This document shows, piece by piece, positions 39,301 through 55,994 of a stretch of 64,000 bases of DNA. The DNA lies in contig OZ024742.1 of assembly GCA_964016885.1 (NCBI GenBank), forward strand, positions 364,746,001 through 364,810,000. The letters run 5' to 3'. The position numbers and the translations under genes were made by a program. The stretch's first letter is position 1, and each line of letters starts with the position of its first letter. The notes beneath the pieces are model-generated. The model was given only the letters and a program-made list of their open reading frames with translations. It was not told the DNA's origin and searched no databases. Origin of the DNA: Eledone cirrhosa (lineage: Eukaryota).

Positions 39301-42300
39301 GGAGAATATATTAGCTAGTTACTCAGGTAGAAGATAATTGTGTATAATGGAGAATATATTAGCTATTTACCCAGGTAGGAGATAATTGTGTATAATGGAG
39401 AATATATTAGCTATTTACCCAGGTAGGAGATAATTGTGTATAATGGAGAATATATTAGCTATTTACCCAGGTAGAAGATAATTGTGTATAATGGAGAATA
39501 TATTAGCTATTTAATCAGGTAGAAGATAATTGTGTATACTGGAGAATATATTAGCTATTTACTCAGGTAGAAGATAATTGTGTATAATGGAGAATATATT
39601 AGCTAGTTACTCAGGTAGAAGATAATTGTGTATAATGGAGAATATATGAGCTATTTAGCCAGGTAGAAGATAATTGTGTATAATGGTGAATATATTAGCT
39701 ATTAACACAGGTAGAAGATAATTGTGTCATAATGGAGAATATATTAGATAATAACGGAGGTAGAAGATAATTGTGTATAATGGAGAATATATTAGCTATT
39801 TACCCAGGTAGAAGACAATTGTGTATAATGGACAATATATTAGCTATTTACTCAGGTAGACGATAATTGTGTATAATGGAGATTAAATTACCTATTTAGC
39901 CAGGTAGAAGATAATTGTGTATAATGGAGTATATGTTAGCTATTTACCCAGGTAGAAGATAATTGTGTATAATGGAGAATATATTAGCTAGTTACTCAGG
40001 TAGAAGATAATTGTGTATAATGGAGAATATATGAGCTATTTAGCCAGGTAGAAGATAATTGTGTATAATGGTGAATTTATTAGCTATTAACACAGGTAGA
40101 AGATAATTGTGTATAATGGAGAATATATTAGATATTAACCCTGGTAGAAGATAATTGTGTATAATGGAGAATATACTAGCTATTTACCCAGGTAGAAGAT
40201 AATTGTGTATAATGGAGATTATATGAGCTATTTACTCAGGTAGAAGATAATTGTTTATAATGGAGAATATATTAGCTATTTACTCAGGTAGAAGATAATT
40301 GTGTATAATGGAGAATATATTAGCTATTTACCCAGGTAGAAGATAATTGTGTATAATGGAGATTATATGAGCTATTTACTCAGGTAGAAGATAATTGTGT
40401 ATAATGGAGATTATATGAGCTATTTACCCAGGTAGAAGATAATTGTGTATAATGGAGATTATATGAGCTATTTACCCAGGTAGAAGATAATTGTTTATAA
40501 TGGAGAATATATTAGCTATTTACCCAGGTAGAAGATAATTGTGTATAATGGAGAATATATTAGCTATTTACTCATATAGACGATAATTGTGTATAATGGA
40601 GAATATATTAGCTATTTACCCAGGTAGAAGATAATTGTGTATAATGGAGAATATATTAGCTAGTTACTCAGGTAGAAGATAATTTTGTCTAATGGAGAAT
40701 ATATTAGCTATTTACCCAGGCTGAAGATAATTGTGTATAATGGAGAATATATTAGCTATTTACTCATATAGACGATAATTGTGTATAATGGAGAATATAT
40801 TAGCTATTTACTCAGGTAGAAGATAATTGTGTATAATGGAGAATATATTCGGTATTTACCCAGGTAGAAGATAATTGTGTATAATGGAGAATATATTAGC
40901 TATTTACCCAGGTAGAAGATAATTGTGTATAATGGAGAATATATTAGCTATTTACCCAGGTAGAAGATAATTGTGTATAATGGAGAATATATTAGCTATT
41001 TACTCAGGTAGAAGATAATTGTGTATAATGGAGAATATATTAGCTAGTTACTCAGGTAGAAGATAATTTTGTCTAATGGAGAATATATTAGCTATTTACC
41101 CAGACTGAAGATAATTGTGTATAATGGAGAATATATTAGCTATTTACTCATATAGACGATAATTGTGTATAATGGAGAATATATTAGCTATTTACTCAGG
41201 TAGAAGATAATTGTGTATAATGGAGAATATATTAGCTATTTACCCTGGCAGAACATAATTGTGTATAATGGAGATTATATGAGCTATTTACCCAGGTAGA
41301 AGATAATTGTGTATAATGGAGATTATATGAGCTATTTACCCAGGTAGAAGATAATTGTTTATAATGGAGAATATATTAGCTATTTACCCAGGTAGAAGAT
41401 AATTGTGTATAATGGAGAATATATTAGCTATTTACTCATATAGACGATAATTGTGTATAATGGAGAATATATTAGCTATTTACCCAGGTAGAAGATAATT
41501 GTGTATAATGGAGAATATATTAGCTAGTTACTCAGGTAGAAGATAATTTTGTCTAATGGAGAATATATTAGCTATTTACCCAGGATGAAGATAATTGTGT
41601 ATAATGGAGAATATATTAGCTATTTACTCATATAGACGATAATTGTGTATAATGGAGAATATATTAGCTATTTACTCAGGTAGAAGATAATTGTGTATAA
41701 TGGAGAATATATTCGGTATTTACCCAGGTAGAAGATAATTGTGTATAATGGAGAATATATTAGCTATTTACCCAGGTAGAAGATAATTGTGTATAATGGA
41801 GAATATATTAGCTATTTACCCAGGTAGAAGATAATTGTGTATAATGGAGAATATATTAGCTATTTACTCAGGTAGAAGATAATTGTGTATAATGGAGAAT
41901 ATATTAGCTAGTTACTCAGGTAGAAGATAATTTTGTCTAATGGAGAATATATTAGCTATTTACCCAGACTGAAGATAATTGTGTATAATGGAGAATATAT
42001 TAGCTATTTACTCATATAGACGATAATTGTGTATAATGGAGAATATATTAGCTATTTACTCAGGTAGAAGATAATTGTGTATAATGGAGAATATATTAGC
42101 TATTTACCCTGGCAAAACATAATTGTGTATAATGGAGAATATATTAGTTATTTACCCAGGTAGAAGATAATTGTGTATAATGGAGAATATATTAGCTATT
42201 TACCCTGGCAGAAGATAATTGTGTATAATGGAGAATATATTAGCTAGTTACTCAGGTAGAAGATAATTGTGTATAATGGAGAATATATTAGCTATTTAAT

Positions 42301-45300
42301 CAGGTAGAAGATAATTGTGTATACTGGATAATATATTAGCTCTTTACTCAGGTAGAAGATAATTGTGTATAATGGAGAATATATTAGCTATTTACTCAAG
42401 TAGAAGATAATTGTGTATAATGGAGAATATATTAGCTAGTTACTCAGGTAGAAGATAATTGTGTATAATGGAGAATATATTAGCTAGTTACTCAGCTAGA
42501 AGATAATTGTGTATAATGGAGAATATATTAGCTATTTAATCAGGTAGAAGATAATTGTGTATACTGGATAATATATTAGCTCTTTACTCAGGTAGAAGAT
42601 AATTGTGTATAATGGAGAATATATTAGCTATTTACTCAAGTAGAAGATAATTGTGTCTAATGGAGAATATATTAGCTATTTACCCAGGCTGAAGATAATT
42701 GTGTATAATGGAGAATATATTAGCTATTTACTCATATAGACGATAATTGTGTATAATGGAGAATATATTAGCTATTTACTCAGGTAGAAGATAATTGTGT
42801 ATAATGGAGAATATATTAGCTATTTACCCTGGCAGAACATAATTGTGTATAATGGAGAATATATTAGTTATTTACCCAGGTAGAAGATAATTGTGTATAA
42901 TGGAGAATATATTAGCTATTTACCCTGGCAGAAGATAATTGTGTATAATGGAGAATATATTAGCTAGTTACTCAGGTAGAAGATAATTGTGTATAATGGA
43001 GAATATATTAGCTAGTTACTCAGGTAGAAGATAATTTTGTCTAATGGAGAATATATTAGCTATTTACTCAGGTAGAAGATAATTGTGTTTAATGGAGAAT
43101 ATATTAGCTATTTACTCAGGTAGAAGATAATTGTGTATAATGGAGAATATATTAGCTATTTACCCAGGTAGAAGATAATTGTGTATAATGGAGAATATAT
43201 TAGCTATTTACCCAGGTAGAAGATAATTGTGTATAATGGAGAATATATTAGCTATTTACTCAGGTAGAAGATAATTGTGTATAATGGAGAATATATTAGC
43301 TAGTTACTCAGGTAGAAGATAATTTTGTCTAATGGAGAATATATTAGCTATTTACCCAGACTGAAGATAATTGTGTATAATGGAGAATATATTAGCTATT
43401 TACTCATATAGACGATAATTGTGTATAATGGAGAATATATTAGCTATTTACTCAGGTAGAAGATAATTGTGTATAATGGAGAATATATTAGCTATTTACC
43501 CTGGCAAAACATAATTGTGTATAATGGAGAATATATTAGTTATTTACCCAGGTAGAAGATAATTGTGTATAATGGAGAATATATTAGCTATTTACCCTGG
43601 CAGAAGATAATTGTGTATAATGGAGAATATATTAGCTAGTTACTCAGGTAGAAGATAATTGTGTATAATGGAGAATATATTAGCTATTTAATCAGGTAGA
43701 AGATAATTGTGTATACTGGATAATATATTAGCTCTTTACTCAGGTAGAAGATAATTGTGTATAATGGAGAATATATTAGCTATTTACTCAAGTAGAAGAT
43801 AATTGTGTATAATGGAGAATATATTAGCTAGTTACTCAGGTAGAAGATAATTGTGTATAATGGAGAATATATTAGCTAGTTACTCAGGTAGAAGATAATT
43901 GTGTATAATGGAGAATATATTAGCTATTTAATCAGGTAGAAGATAATTGTGTATACTGGATAATATATTAGCTCTTTACTCAGGTAGAAGATAATTGTGT
44001 ATAATGGAGAATATATTAGCTATTTACTCAAGTAGAAGATAATTGTGTCTAATGGAGAATATATTAGCTATTTACCCAGGCTGAAGATAATTGTGTATAA
44101 TGGAGAATATATTAGCTATTTACTCATATAGACGATAATTGTGTATAATGGAGAATATATTAGCTATTTACTCAGGTAGAAGATAATTGTGTATAATGGA
44201 GAATATATTAGCTATTTACCCTGGCAGAACATAATTGTGTATAATGGAGAATATATTAGTTATTTACCCAGGTAGAAGATAATTGTGTATAATGGAGAAT
44301 ATATTAGCTATTTACCCTGGCAGAAGATAATTGTGTATAATGGAGAATATATTAGCTAGTTACTCAGGTAGAAGATAATTGTGTATAATGGAGAATATAT
44401 TAGCTAGTTACTCAGGTAGAAGATAATTTTGTCTAATGGAGAATATATTAGCTATTTACTCAGGTAGAAGATAATTGTGTTTAATGGAGAATATATTAGC
44501 TATTTACTCAGGTAGAAGATAATTGTGTATAATGGAGAATATATGAGCTATTTAGCCAGGTAGAAGATAATTGGGTATAATGGTGAATATATTAGCTATT
44601 AACACAGGTAGAAGATAATTGTGTCATAATGGAGAATATATTAGATATTAACGGAGGTAGAAGATAATTCTGTATAATGGAGAATATATTAGCTATTTAC
44701 CCAGGTAGAAGACAATTGTGTATAATGGACAATATATTAGCTATTTACTCAGGTAGACGATAATTGTGTATAATGGAGATTAAATTAGCTATTTACTCAG
44801 GTAGACGATAATTGTGTATAATGGAGATTAAATTACCTATTTAGCCAGGGAGAAGATAATTGTGTATAATGGAGTATATGTTAGCCATTTACCCAGGTAG
44901 AAGATAATTGTGTATAATGGAGAATATATTAGCTATTTACCCAGGTAGAAGATAATTGTGTATAATGGAGAATATATTAGCTATTTACCCAGGTAGAAGA
45001 TAATTGTGTATAATGGAGTTATATACGGTATTTACCCATGTAGAAGATAATTGTGTATAATGGAGAATATATTAGCTATTTTCTCAGGTAGAAGATAATT
45101 GTGTATAATGGAAAATATATTAGCTATTTACCCAGGTAGAAGATAATTGTGTATAATGGAGTTATATTCGGTATTTACCCAGGTAGAAGATAAATTGTGT
45201 ATAATGGAGAATATATTAGATATTTTGTCAGGTAGAAGATAATTGTGTATAATGGAGAATATATTAGCTATTTACCCAGGTAGAAGATAATTGTGTATAA

Positions 45301-48300
45301 TGGAGAATATATTAGATATTTACTCAGGTAGAAGATAATTGTGTATAATGGAGAATATATTAGCTATTTACCCAGGTAGAAGATAATTGTGTATAATGGA
45401 GATTATATGAGCTATTTACTCAGGTAGAAGATAATTGTGTATAATGGAGATTATATGAGCTATTTACCCAGGTAGAAGATAATTGTGTATAATGGAGATT
45501 ATATGAGCTATTTACCCAGGTAGAAGATAATTGTTTATAATGGAGAATATATTAGCTATTTACCCAGGTAGAAGATAATTGTGTATAATGGAGAATATAT
45601 TAGCTATTTACTCATATAGACGATAATTGTGTATAATGGAGAATATATTAGCTATTTACCCAGGTAGAAGATAATTGTGTATAATGGAGAATATATTAGC
45701 TAGTTACTCAGGTAGAAGATAATTTTGTCTAATGGAGAATATATTAGCTATTTACCCAGGCTGAAGATAATTGTGTATAATGGAGAATATATTAGCTATT
45801 TACTCATATAGACGATAATTGTGTATAATGGAGAATATATTAGCTATTTAATCAGGTAGAAGATAATTGTGTATACTGGATAATATATTAGCTCTTTACT
45901 CAGGTAGAAGATAATTGTGTATAATGGAGAATATATTAGCTATTTACTCAAGTAGAAGATAATTGTGTATAATGGAGAATATATTAGCTAGTTACTCAGG
46001 TAGAAGATAATTGTGTATAATGGAGAATATATTAGCTAGTTACTCAGCTAGAAGATAATTGTGTATAATGGAGAATATATTAGCTATTTAATCAGGTAGA
46101 AGATAATTGTGTATACTGGATAATATATTAGCTCTTTACTCAGGTAGAAGATAATTGTGTATAATGGAGAATATATTAGCTATTTACTCAAGTAGAAGAT
46201 AATTGTGTCTAATGGAGAATATATTAGCTATTTACCCAGGCTGAAGATAATTGTGTATAATGGAGAATATATTAGCTATTTACTCATATAGACGATAATT
46301 GTGTATAATGGAGAATATATTAGCTATTTACTCAGGTAGAAGATAATTGTGTATAATGGAGAATATATTAGCTATTTACCCTGGCAGAACATAATTGTGT
46401 ATAATGGAGAATATATTAGTTATTTACCCAGGTAGAAGATAATTGTGTATAATGGAGAATATATTAGCTATTTACCCTGGCAGAAGATAATTGTGTATAA
46501 TGGAGAATATATTAGCTAGTTACTCAGGTAGAAGATAATTGTGTATAATGGAGAATATATTAGCTAGTTACTCAGGTAGAAGATAATTTTGTCTAATGGA
46601 GAATATATTAGCTATTTACTCAGGTAGAAGATAATTGTGTTTAATGGAGAATATATTAGCTATTTACTCAGGTAGAAGATAATTGTGTATAATGGAGAAT
46701 ATATTAGCTATTTACCCAGGTAGAAGATAATTGTGTATAATGGAGAATATATTAGCTATTTACCCAGGTAGAAGATAATTGTGTATAATGGAGAATATAT
46801 TAGCTATTTACTCAGGTAGAAGATAATTGTGTATAATGGAGAATATATTAGCTAGTTACTCAGGTAGAAGATAATTTTGTCTAATGGAGAATATATTAGC
46901 TATTTACCCAGACTGAAGATAATTGTGTATAATGGAGAATATATTAGCTATTTACTCATATAGACGATAATTGTGTATAATGGAGAATATATTAGCTATT
47001 TACTCAGGTAGAAGATAATTGTGTATAATGGAGAATATATTAGCTATTTACCCTGGCAAAACATAATTGTGTATAATGGAGAATATATTAGTTATTTACC
47101 CAGGTAGAAGATAATTGTGTATAATGGAGAATATATTAGCTATTTACCCTGGCAGAAGATAATTGTGTATAATGGAGAATATATTAGCTAGTTACTCAGG
47201 TAGAAGATAATTGTGTATAATGGAGAATATATTAGCTATTTAATCAGGTAGAAGATAATTGTGTATACTGGATAATATATTAGCTCTTTACTCAGGTAGA
47301 AGATAATTGTGTATAATGGAGAATATATTAGCTATTTACTCAAGTAGAAGATAATTGTGTATAATGGAGAATATATTAGCTAGTTACTCAGGTAGAAGAT
47401 AATTGTGTATAATGGAGAATATATTAGCTAGTTACTCAGGTAGAAGATAATTGTGTATAATGGAGAATATATTAGCTATTTAATCAGGTAGAAGATAATT
47501 GTGTATACTGGATAATATATTAGCTCTTTACTCAGGTAGAAGATAATTGTGTATAATGGAGAATATATTAGCTATTTACTCAAGTAGAAGATAATTGTGT
47601 CTAATGGAGAATATATTAGCTATTTACCCAGGCTGAAGATAATTGTGTATAATGGAGAATATATTAGCTATTTACTCATATAGACGATAATTGTGTATAA
47701 TGGAGAATATATTAGCTATTTACTCAGGTAGAAGATAATTGTGTATAATGGAGAATATATTAGCTATTTACCCTGGCAGAACATAATTGTGTATAATGGA
47801 GAATATATTAGTTATTTACCCAGGTAGAAGATAATTGTGTATAATGGAGAATATATTAGCTATTTACCCTGGCAGAAGATAATTGTGTATAATGGAGAAT
47901 ATATTAGCTAGTTACTCAGGTAGAAGATAATTGTGTATAATGGAGAATATATTAGCTAGTTACTCAGGTAGAAGATAATTTTGTCTAATGGAGAATATAT
48001 TAGCTATTTACTCAGGTAGAAGATAATTGTGTTTAATGGAGAATATATTAGCTATTTACTCAGGTAGAAGATAATTGTGTATAATGGATAATATATGAGG
48101 TATTTAGCCATGTAGAAGATAATTGGGTATAATGGTGAATATATTAGCTATTAACACAGGTAGAAGATAATTGTGTCATAATGGAGAATATATTAGATAT
48201 TAACGGAGGTAGAAGATAATTCTGTATAATGGAGAATATATTAGCTATTTACCCAGGTAGAAGACAATTGTGTATAATGGACAATATATTAGCTATTTAC

Positions 48301-51300
48301 TCAGGTAGACGATAATTGTGTATAATGGAGATTAAATTAGCTATTTACTCAGGTAGACGATAATTGTGTATAATGGAGATTAAATTACCTATTTAGCCAG
48401 GGAGAAGATAATTGTGTATAATGGAGTATATGTTAGCCATTTACCCAGGTAGAAGATAATTGTGTATAATGGAGAATATATTAGCTATTTACCCAGGTAG
48501 AAGATAATTGTGTATAATGGAGAATATATTAGCTATTTACCCAGGTAGAAGATAATTGTGTATAATGGAGTTATATACGGTATTTACCCATGTAGAAGAT
48601 AATTGTGTATAATGGAGAATATATTAGCTATTTTCTCAGGTAGAAGATAATTGTGTATAATGGAAAATATATTAGCTATTTACCCAGGTAGAAGATAATT
48701 GTGTATAATGGAGTTATATTCGGTATTTACCCAGGTAGAAGATAAATTGTGTATAATGGAGAATATATTAGATATTTTGTCAGGTAGAAGATAATTGTGT
48801 ATAATGGAGATTATATGAGCTATTTACTCAGGTAGAAGATAATTGTGTATAATGGAGATTATATGAGCTATTTACCCAGGTAGAAGATAATTGTGTATAA
48901 TGGAGATTATATGAGCTATTTACCCAGGTAGAAGATAATTGTTTATAATGGAGAATATATTAGCTATTTACCCAGGTAGAAGATAATTGTGTATAATGGA
49001 GAATATATTAGCTATTTACTCATATAGACGATAATTGTGTATAATGGAGAATATATTAGCTATTTACCCAGGTAGAAGATAATTGTGTATAATGGAGAAT
49101 ATATTAGCTAGTTACTCAGGTAGAAGATAATTTTGTCTAATGGAGAATATATTAGCTATTTACCCAGGCTGAAGATAATTGTGTATAATGGAGAATATAT
49201 TAGCTATTTACTCATATAGACGATAATTGTGTATAATGGAGAATATATTAGCTATTTACTCAGGTAGAAGATAATTGTGTATAATGGAGAATATATTCGG
49301 TATTTACCCAGGTAGAAGATAATTGTGTATAATGGAGAATATATTAGCTATTTACCCAGGTAGAAGATAATTGTGTATAATGGAGAATATATTAGCTATT
49401 TACCCAGGTAGAAGATAATTGTGTATAATGGAGAATATATTAGCTATTTACTCAGGTAGAAGATAATTGTGTATAATGGAGAATATATTAGCTAGTTACT
49501 CAGGTAGAAGATAATTTTGTCTAATGGAGAATATATTAGCTATTTACCCAGACTGAAGATAATTGTGTATAATGGAGAATATATTAGCTATTTACTCATA
49601 TAGACGATAATTGTGTATAATGGAGAATATATTAGCTATTTACTCAGGTAGAAGATAATTGTGTATAATGGAGAATATATTAGCTATTTACCCTGGCAGA
49701 ACATAATTGTGTATAATGGAGATTATATGAGCTATTTACCCAGGTAGAAGATAATTGTGTATAATGGAGATTATATGAGCTATTTACCCAGGTAGAAGAT
49801 AATTGTTTATAATGGAGAATATATTAGCTATTTACCCAGGTAGAAGATAATTGTGTATAATGGAGAATATATTAGCTCTTTACTCATATAGACGATAATT
49901 GTGTATAATGGAGAATATATTAGCTATTTACCCAGGTAGAAGATAATTGTGTATAATGGAGAATATATTAGCTAGTTACTCAGGTAGAAGATAATTTTGT
50001 CTAATGGAGAATATATTAGCTATTTACCCAGGATGAAGATAATTGTGTATAATGGAGAATATATTAGCTATTTACTCATATAGACGATAATTGTGTATAA
50101 TGGAGAATATATTAGCTATTTACTCAGGTAGAAGATAATTGTGTATAATGGAGAATATATTAGCTATTTACCCAGGTAGAAGATAATTGTGTATAATGGA
50201 GAATATATTAGCTATTTACTCAGGTAGAAGATAATTGTGTATAATGGAGAATATATTAGCTAGTTACTCAGGTAGAAGATAATTTTGTCTAATGGAGAAT
50301 ATATTAGCTATTTACCCAGACTGAAGATAATTGTGTATAATGGAGAATATATTAGCTATTTACTCATATAGACGATAATTGTGTATAATGGAGAATATAT
50401 TAGCTATTTACTCAGGTAGAAGATAATTGTGTATAATGGAGAATATATTAGCTATTTACCCTGGCAAAACATAATTGTGTATAATGGAGAATATATTAGT
50501 TATTTACCCAGGTAGAAGATAATTGTGTATAATGGAGAATATATTAGCTATTTACCCTGGCAGAAGATAATTGTGTATAATGGAGAATATATTAGCTAGT
50601 TACTCAGGTAGAAGATAATTGTGTATAATGGAGAATATATTAGCTATTTAATCAGGTAGAAGATAATTGTGTATACTGGATAATATATTAGCTCTTTACT
50701 CAGGTAGAAGATAATTGTGTATAATGGAGAATATATTAGCTATTTACTCAAGTAGAAGATAATTGTGTATAATGGAGAATATATTAGCTAGTTACTCAGG
50801 TAGAAGATAATTGTGTATAATGGAGAATATATTAGCTAGTTACTCAGGTAGAAGATAATTGTGTATAATGGAGAATATATTAGCTATTTAATCAGGTAGA
50901 AGATAATTGTGTATACTGGATAATATATTAGCTCTTTACTCAGGTAGAAGATAATTGTGTATAATGGAGAATATATTAGCTATTTACTCAAGTAGAAGAT
51001 AATTGTGTCTAATGGAGAATATATTAGCTATTTACCCAGGCTGAAGATAATTGTGTATAATGGAGAATATATTAGCTATTTACTCATATAGACGATAATT
51101 GTGTATAATGGAGAATATATTAGCTATTTACTCAGGTAGAAGATAATTGTGTATAATGGAGAATATATTAGCTATTTACCCTGGCAGAAGATAATTGTGT
51201 ATAATGGAGAATATATTAGCTAGTTACTCAGGTAGAAGATAATTGTGTATAATGGAGAATATATTAGCTAGTTACTCAGGTAGAAGATAATTTTGTCTAA

Positions 51301-54300
51301 TGGAGAATATATTAGCTATTTACTCAGGTAGAAGATAATTGTGTTTAATGGAGAATATATTAGCTATTTACTCAGGTAGAAGATAATTGTGTATAATGGA
51401 GAATATATGAGCTATTTAGCCAGGTAGAAGATAATTGTGTATAATGGTGAATATATTAGCTATTAACACAGGTAGAAGATAATTGTGTCATAATGGAGAA
51501 TATATTAGATATTAACGGAGGTAGAAGATAATTCTGTATAATGGAGAATATATTAGCTATTTACCCAGGTAGAAGACAATTGTGTATAATGGACAATATA
51601 TTAGCTATTTACTCAGGTAGACGATAATTGTGTATAATGGAGATTAAATTAGCTATTTACTCAGGTAGACGATAATTGTGTATAATGGAGATTAAATTAC
51701 CTATTTAGCCAGGGAGAAGATAATTGTGTATAATGGAGTATATGTTAGCCATTTACCCAGGTAGAAGATAATTGTGTATAATGGAGAATATATTAGCTAT
51801 TTACCCAGGTAGAAGATAATTGTGTATAATGGAGAATATATTAGCTATTTACCCAGGTAGAAGATAATTGTGTATAATGGAGTTATATTCGGTATTTACC
51901 CATGTAGAAGATAATTGTGTATAATGGAGAATATATTAGCTATTTTCTCAGGTAGAAGATAATTGTGTATAATGGAAAATATATTAGCTATTTACCCAGG
52001 TAGAAGATAATTGTGTATAATGGAGTTATATTCGGTATTTACCCAGGTAGAAGATAAATTGTGTATAATGGAGAATATATTAGATATTTTGTCAGGTAGA
52101 AGATAATTGTGTATAATGGAGAATATATTAGCTATTTACCCAGGTAGAAGATAATTGTGTATAATGGAGAATATATTAGATATTTACTCAGGTAGAAGAT
52201 AATTGTGTATAATGGAGAATATATTAGCTATTTACCCAGAAAGGAAATAATAGTGTATAATGGAGAATATATTAGCTATTTACCCAGGTAGAAGATAATT
52301 GTGTATAATGGAGAATATATTATCTATTTACCCAGATAGAATGATAATTGTGTACAATGGAGAATATATTAGCTATTTACCCAGGTAGAAGATAATTGTG
52401 TATAATGGAGAATATATTAGCTATTTACCCAGGTAGAAGATAATTGTGTATAATGGAGAATATATTAGCTATTTACCCAGGTAGAAGATAATTGTGTATG
52501 ATGGGGAATATATTAGATATTTACTCAGGTAGAAGATAATTGTGTATAATGGAGAATATATTAGCTATTTACCCAGGTAGAAGATAATTGTGTATAATGG
52601 AGAATATATTAGCTATTTACCCAGGTAGAAGATAATTGTGTATAATGGGGAATATATTAGCTATTTACCCAGGTAGAAGATAATTGTGTATAATGGAGAA
52701 TGTATTAGCTATTTACCCATGTAGAAGATAATTGTGTATAATGGAGAATATATTAGCTATTTACTCAGGTAGAAGATAATTGTGTATAATGGAGAATATA
52801 TTAGCTATTTACTCAGGTAGAAGATAATTGTGTATAATGGAGAATATATTAGCTATTTACCCAGGTAGAAGATAATTGTGTATAATGGAGAATACATTAG
52901 CTATTTACCCAGGTAGAAGATAATAGTGTAAAATGGAGAATATATTAGCTATTTACTCAGGTAGAAGATATTTGTGTATAATGGAGAATATATTAGCTAT
53001 TTATCCAGGTAGAAGATAATTGTGTATAATGGAGAATATATTAGCTATTTATCCAGGTAGAAGATAATTGTGTATAATGGAGAATATATTAGCTATTTAC
53101 CCAGGTAGACGATAATTGTGTATAATGGTGAATATATTAGTTATTTACTCAGGTAGAAGGTAATCGTGTGTAATGGAGAATATATTAGCTATTTACCCAG
53201 GTAGAAGATAATTGTCTATAATGGAGAATATATTAGCTATTTACCCAGGTAGAAGATAATTGTGTATAATGGAGTTATATTTGGTATTTAACCAGGTAGA
53301 AGATAATTGTGTATAATGGAGAATATATTAGCTATTTACTCAGGTAGAAGATAATTATGTATAATGGAGAATATATTAGCTATTTACTCATGTAGAAGTT
53401 AATTGTGTATAATCGAGAATATATTCGGTACTTACCCAGGTAGAAGATAATTGTGTATAATGGAGAATATATTATCTATTTAATCAGGTAGAAGATAATT
53501 GTGTATAATGGAGAATATATTAGCTATTTACCAAGGTAGAAGATAATTGTGTATAATGGACAATATATTAGCTATTTTCCCAGGTTGAAGATAATTGTGT
53601 ATAATGGAGAATATATTAGCTATTTACCCAGGTAGAAGATAATTGTGTATAATGGGGAAGATATTAGCTATTTACCCAGGTAGAAGATAATTGTGTATAA
53701 TGGAGAATGTATTAGCTATTTACCCATGTAGAAGATAATTGTGTATAATGGAGAATATATTAGCTATTTACTCAGGTAGAAGATAATTGTGTATAATGGA
53801 GAATATATTAGCTATTTACCCAGGTAGAAGATAATTGTGTATAATGGAGAATATATTAGATATTTACCCAGGTAGAAGATAATTGTTTATAATGGAGAAT
53901 ATATTAGCTATTTACTCACGGAGAAGATAATTGTGTATAATGGAGAATATATTAGCTATTTACTCAGGTAGAAGATAATTGTGTATAATGGAGAATATAT
54001 TAGCTATTTACCCAGGTTAAGATAATTGTGTATAATGGAGTATATATTAGCTATTTATCCAGGTAGACGATAATTGTGTATAATGGAGAATATATTAGCT
54101 ATTTACCCAGATAGAATGATAATTGTGTATAATGGAGAATATATTAGCTATTTACCCAGGTAGAAGATAATTGTGTGTAATGGAGAATATATTAGCTATT
54201 TACCCAGGTAGAAGATAATTGTCTATAATGGAGAATATATTAGTTATTTACCCAGGTAGAAGATAATTGTGTATAATGGAGTTATATTTGCTATTTACCC

Positions 54301-55895
54301 AGGTAGAAGATAATTGTGTATAATGGAGAATATATTAGCTATTTACTCAGGTAGAAGATAATTGTGTATAATGGAGAATATATTAGCTATTTACCCAGGT
54401 AGAAGATAATTGTGTATAATGGAGAATATATTAGCTATTTACCCAGGTAGAAGATAATTGTGTATAATGGAGAATGTATTAGCTATTTACCCAGGTAGAA
54501 GATAATTTTGTCTAATGGAGAATATATTAGCTATTTACCCAGGTAGAAGACAATTGTGTATAATGGAGAATATATTAGCTATTTACTCAGCTAGAAGATA
54601 ATTTTGTCTAATGGAGAATATATTAGCTATTTACTCAGGTAATAGATAATTTTGTATAATGGAGAATGTATTAGCTATTTACTCAGGTAGAAGATAATTG
54701 TGTATAATGGAGAATATATTAGCTAGTTACCCAGAAAGAAAATAATTGTGTATAATGGAGAATATATTAGCTATTTACCCAGGTAGAAGATAATTGTGTA
54801 TAATGGAGAATATATTAGCTATTTACCAAGATAGAAGATAATTGTGTATTATGGAGAATATATGAGCTATTTACTTAGGTAGAAGATAATTGTGTATATT
54901 GGAGAATATATTAGCTAGTTATGCAGGTAGAAGATAATTGTGTATAATGGAGAATATATTAGCTATTTACTCAGGTAGAAGATAATTGTGTATAAAGGAG
55001 AATATATTAGCTATTTTCCCAGGTAGAAGATAATTGTGTATAATGGAGAATATATTATCTATTTACCCAGGTAGAAGATAATTGTGTATAATGGAGAATA
55101 TATTAGCTATTTACTCAGGTAGAAGATAATTGTGTATAATGGAGAATATATTAGCTATTTACCCAGGTAGAAGATAATTGTGTATAATGGAGAATATATT
55201 AGCTATTTATCCAGGTAGAAGATAATTGTGTATAATGGGGAATATATTAGATATTTACCCAGGTAGAAGATAATTTTGTCTAATGGAGAATATATAAGGT
55301 ATTTACCCAGGTAGAAGATAATTGTGTATAATGGAGAATATATTAGCTATTTACTCAGGTAGAAGATAATTGTGTATAATGGAGAATATATTAGCTATTT
55401 ACCCAGAAAGAAAATAATTGTGTATAATGGAGAATATATTAGCTATTTACCCAGGTAGAAGATAATTGTGTATAATGGGGAATATATTAGCTATTTACCC
55501 AGGTAGAAGATAATTGTGTATAATGGAGAATATATTAGCTATTTACCCAGGTAGAAGATAATTGTGTATAATGGAGAATATTTTAGCTATTTACCCAGGT
55601 AGAAGATAATTGTGTATAATGGAGAATATATTAGCTATTTACCCAGGTAGAAGATAATTGCGTATAATGGAGAATATATTAGCTATTTACCCAGGTAAGA
55701 GATAATTGTGTATAATGGAGAATATATTAGCTATTTACCCAGGTAGAAGATAATTGCGTATAATGGAGAATATATTAGCTATTTACCCAGGTAGAAGATA
55801 ATTGCGTATAATGGAGAATATATTAGCTATTTACCCAGGTAGAAGATAATTGTGTATAATGGAGAATATATTAGCTATTTACTCCGGTAGAAGAT
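33329..55895. repeat. 48-bp tandem satellite, about 22.6 kb, about 470 monomers
   Basis: Consensus GGTAGAAGATAATTGTGTATAATGGAGAATATATTAGCTATTTAC(C/T)CA; the consensus has stops in all six frames. Confidence 0.98.
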
Positions 55896-55994
55896 CAATT
55901 TCCAATTGACGTTTTAATCAAGAAATTAGAATGTAATTGCTTCTTCTCATAATGTCATCCATTGTGATGACAAGCGGTGTTGCTGTTTTTGTTG

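Noticed and set aside
33329-55895. CRISPR-like array or 16-aa repeat protein
   Set aside because: No unique spacers, no cas genes, eukaryotic context, and stops in all six frames of the consensus
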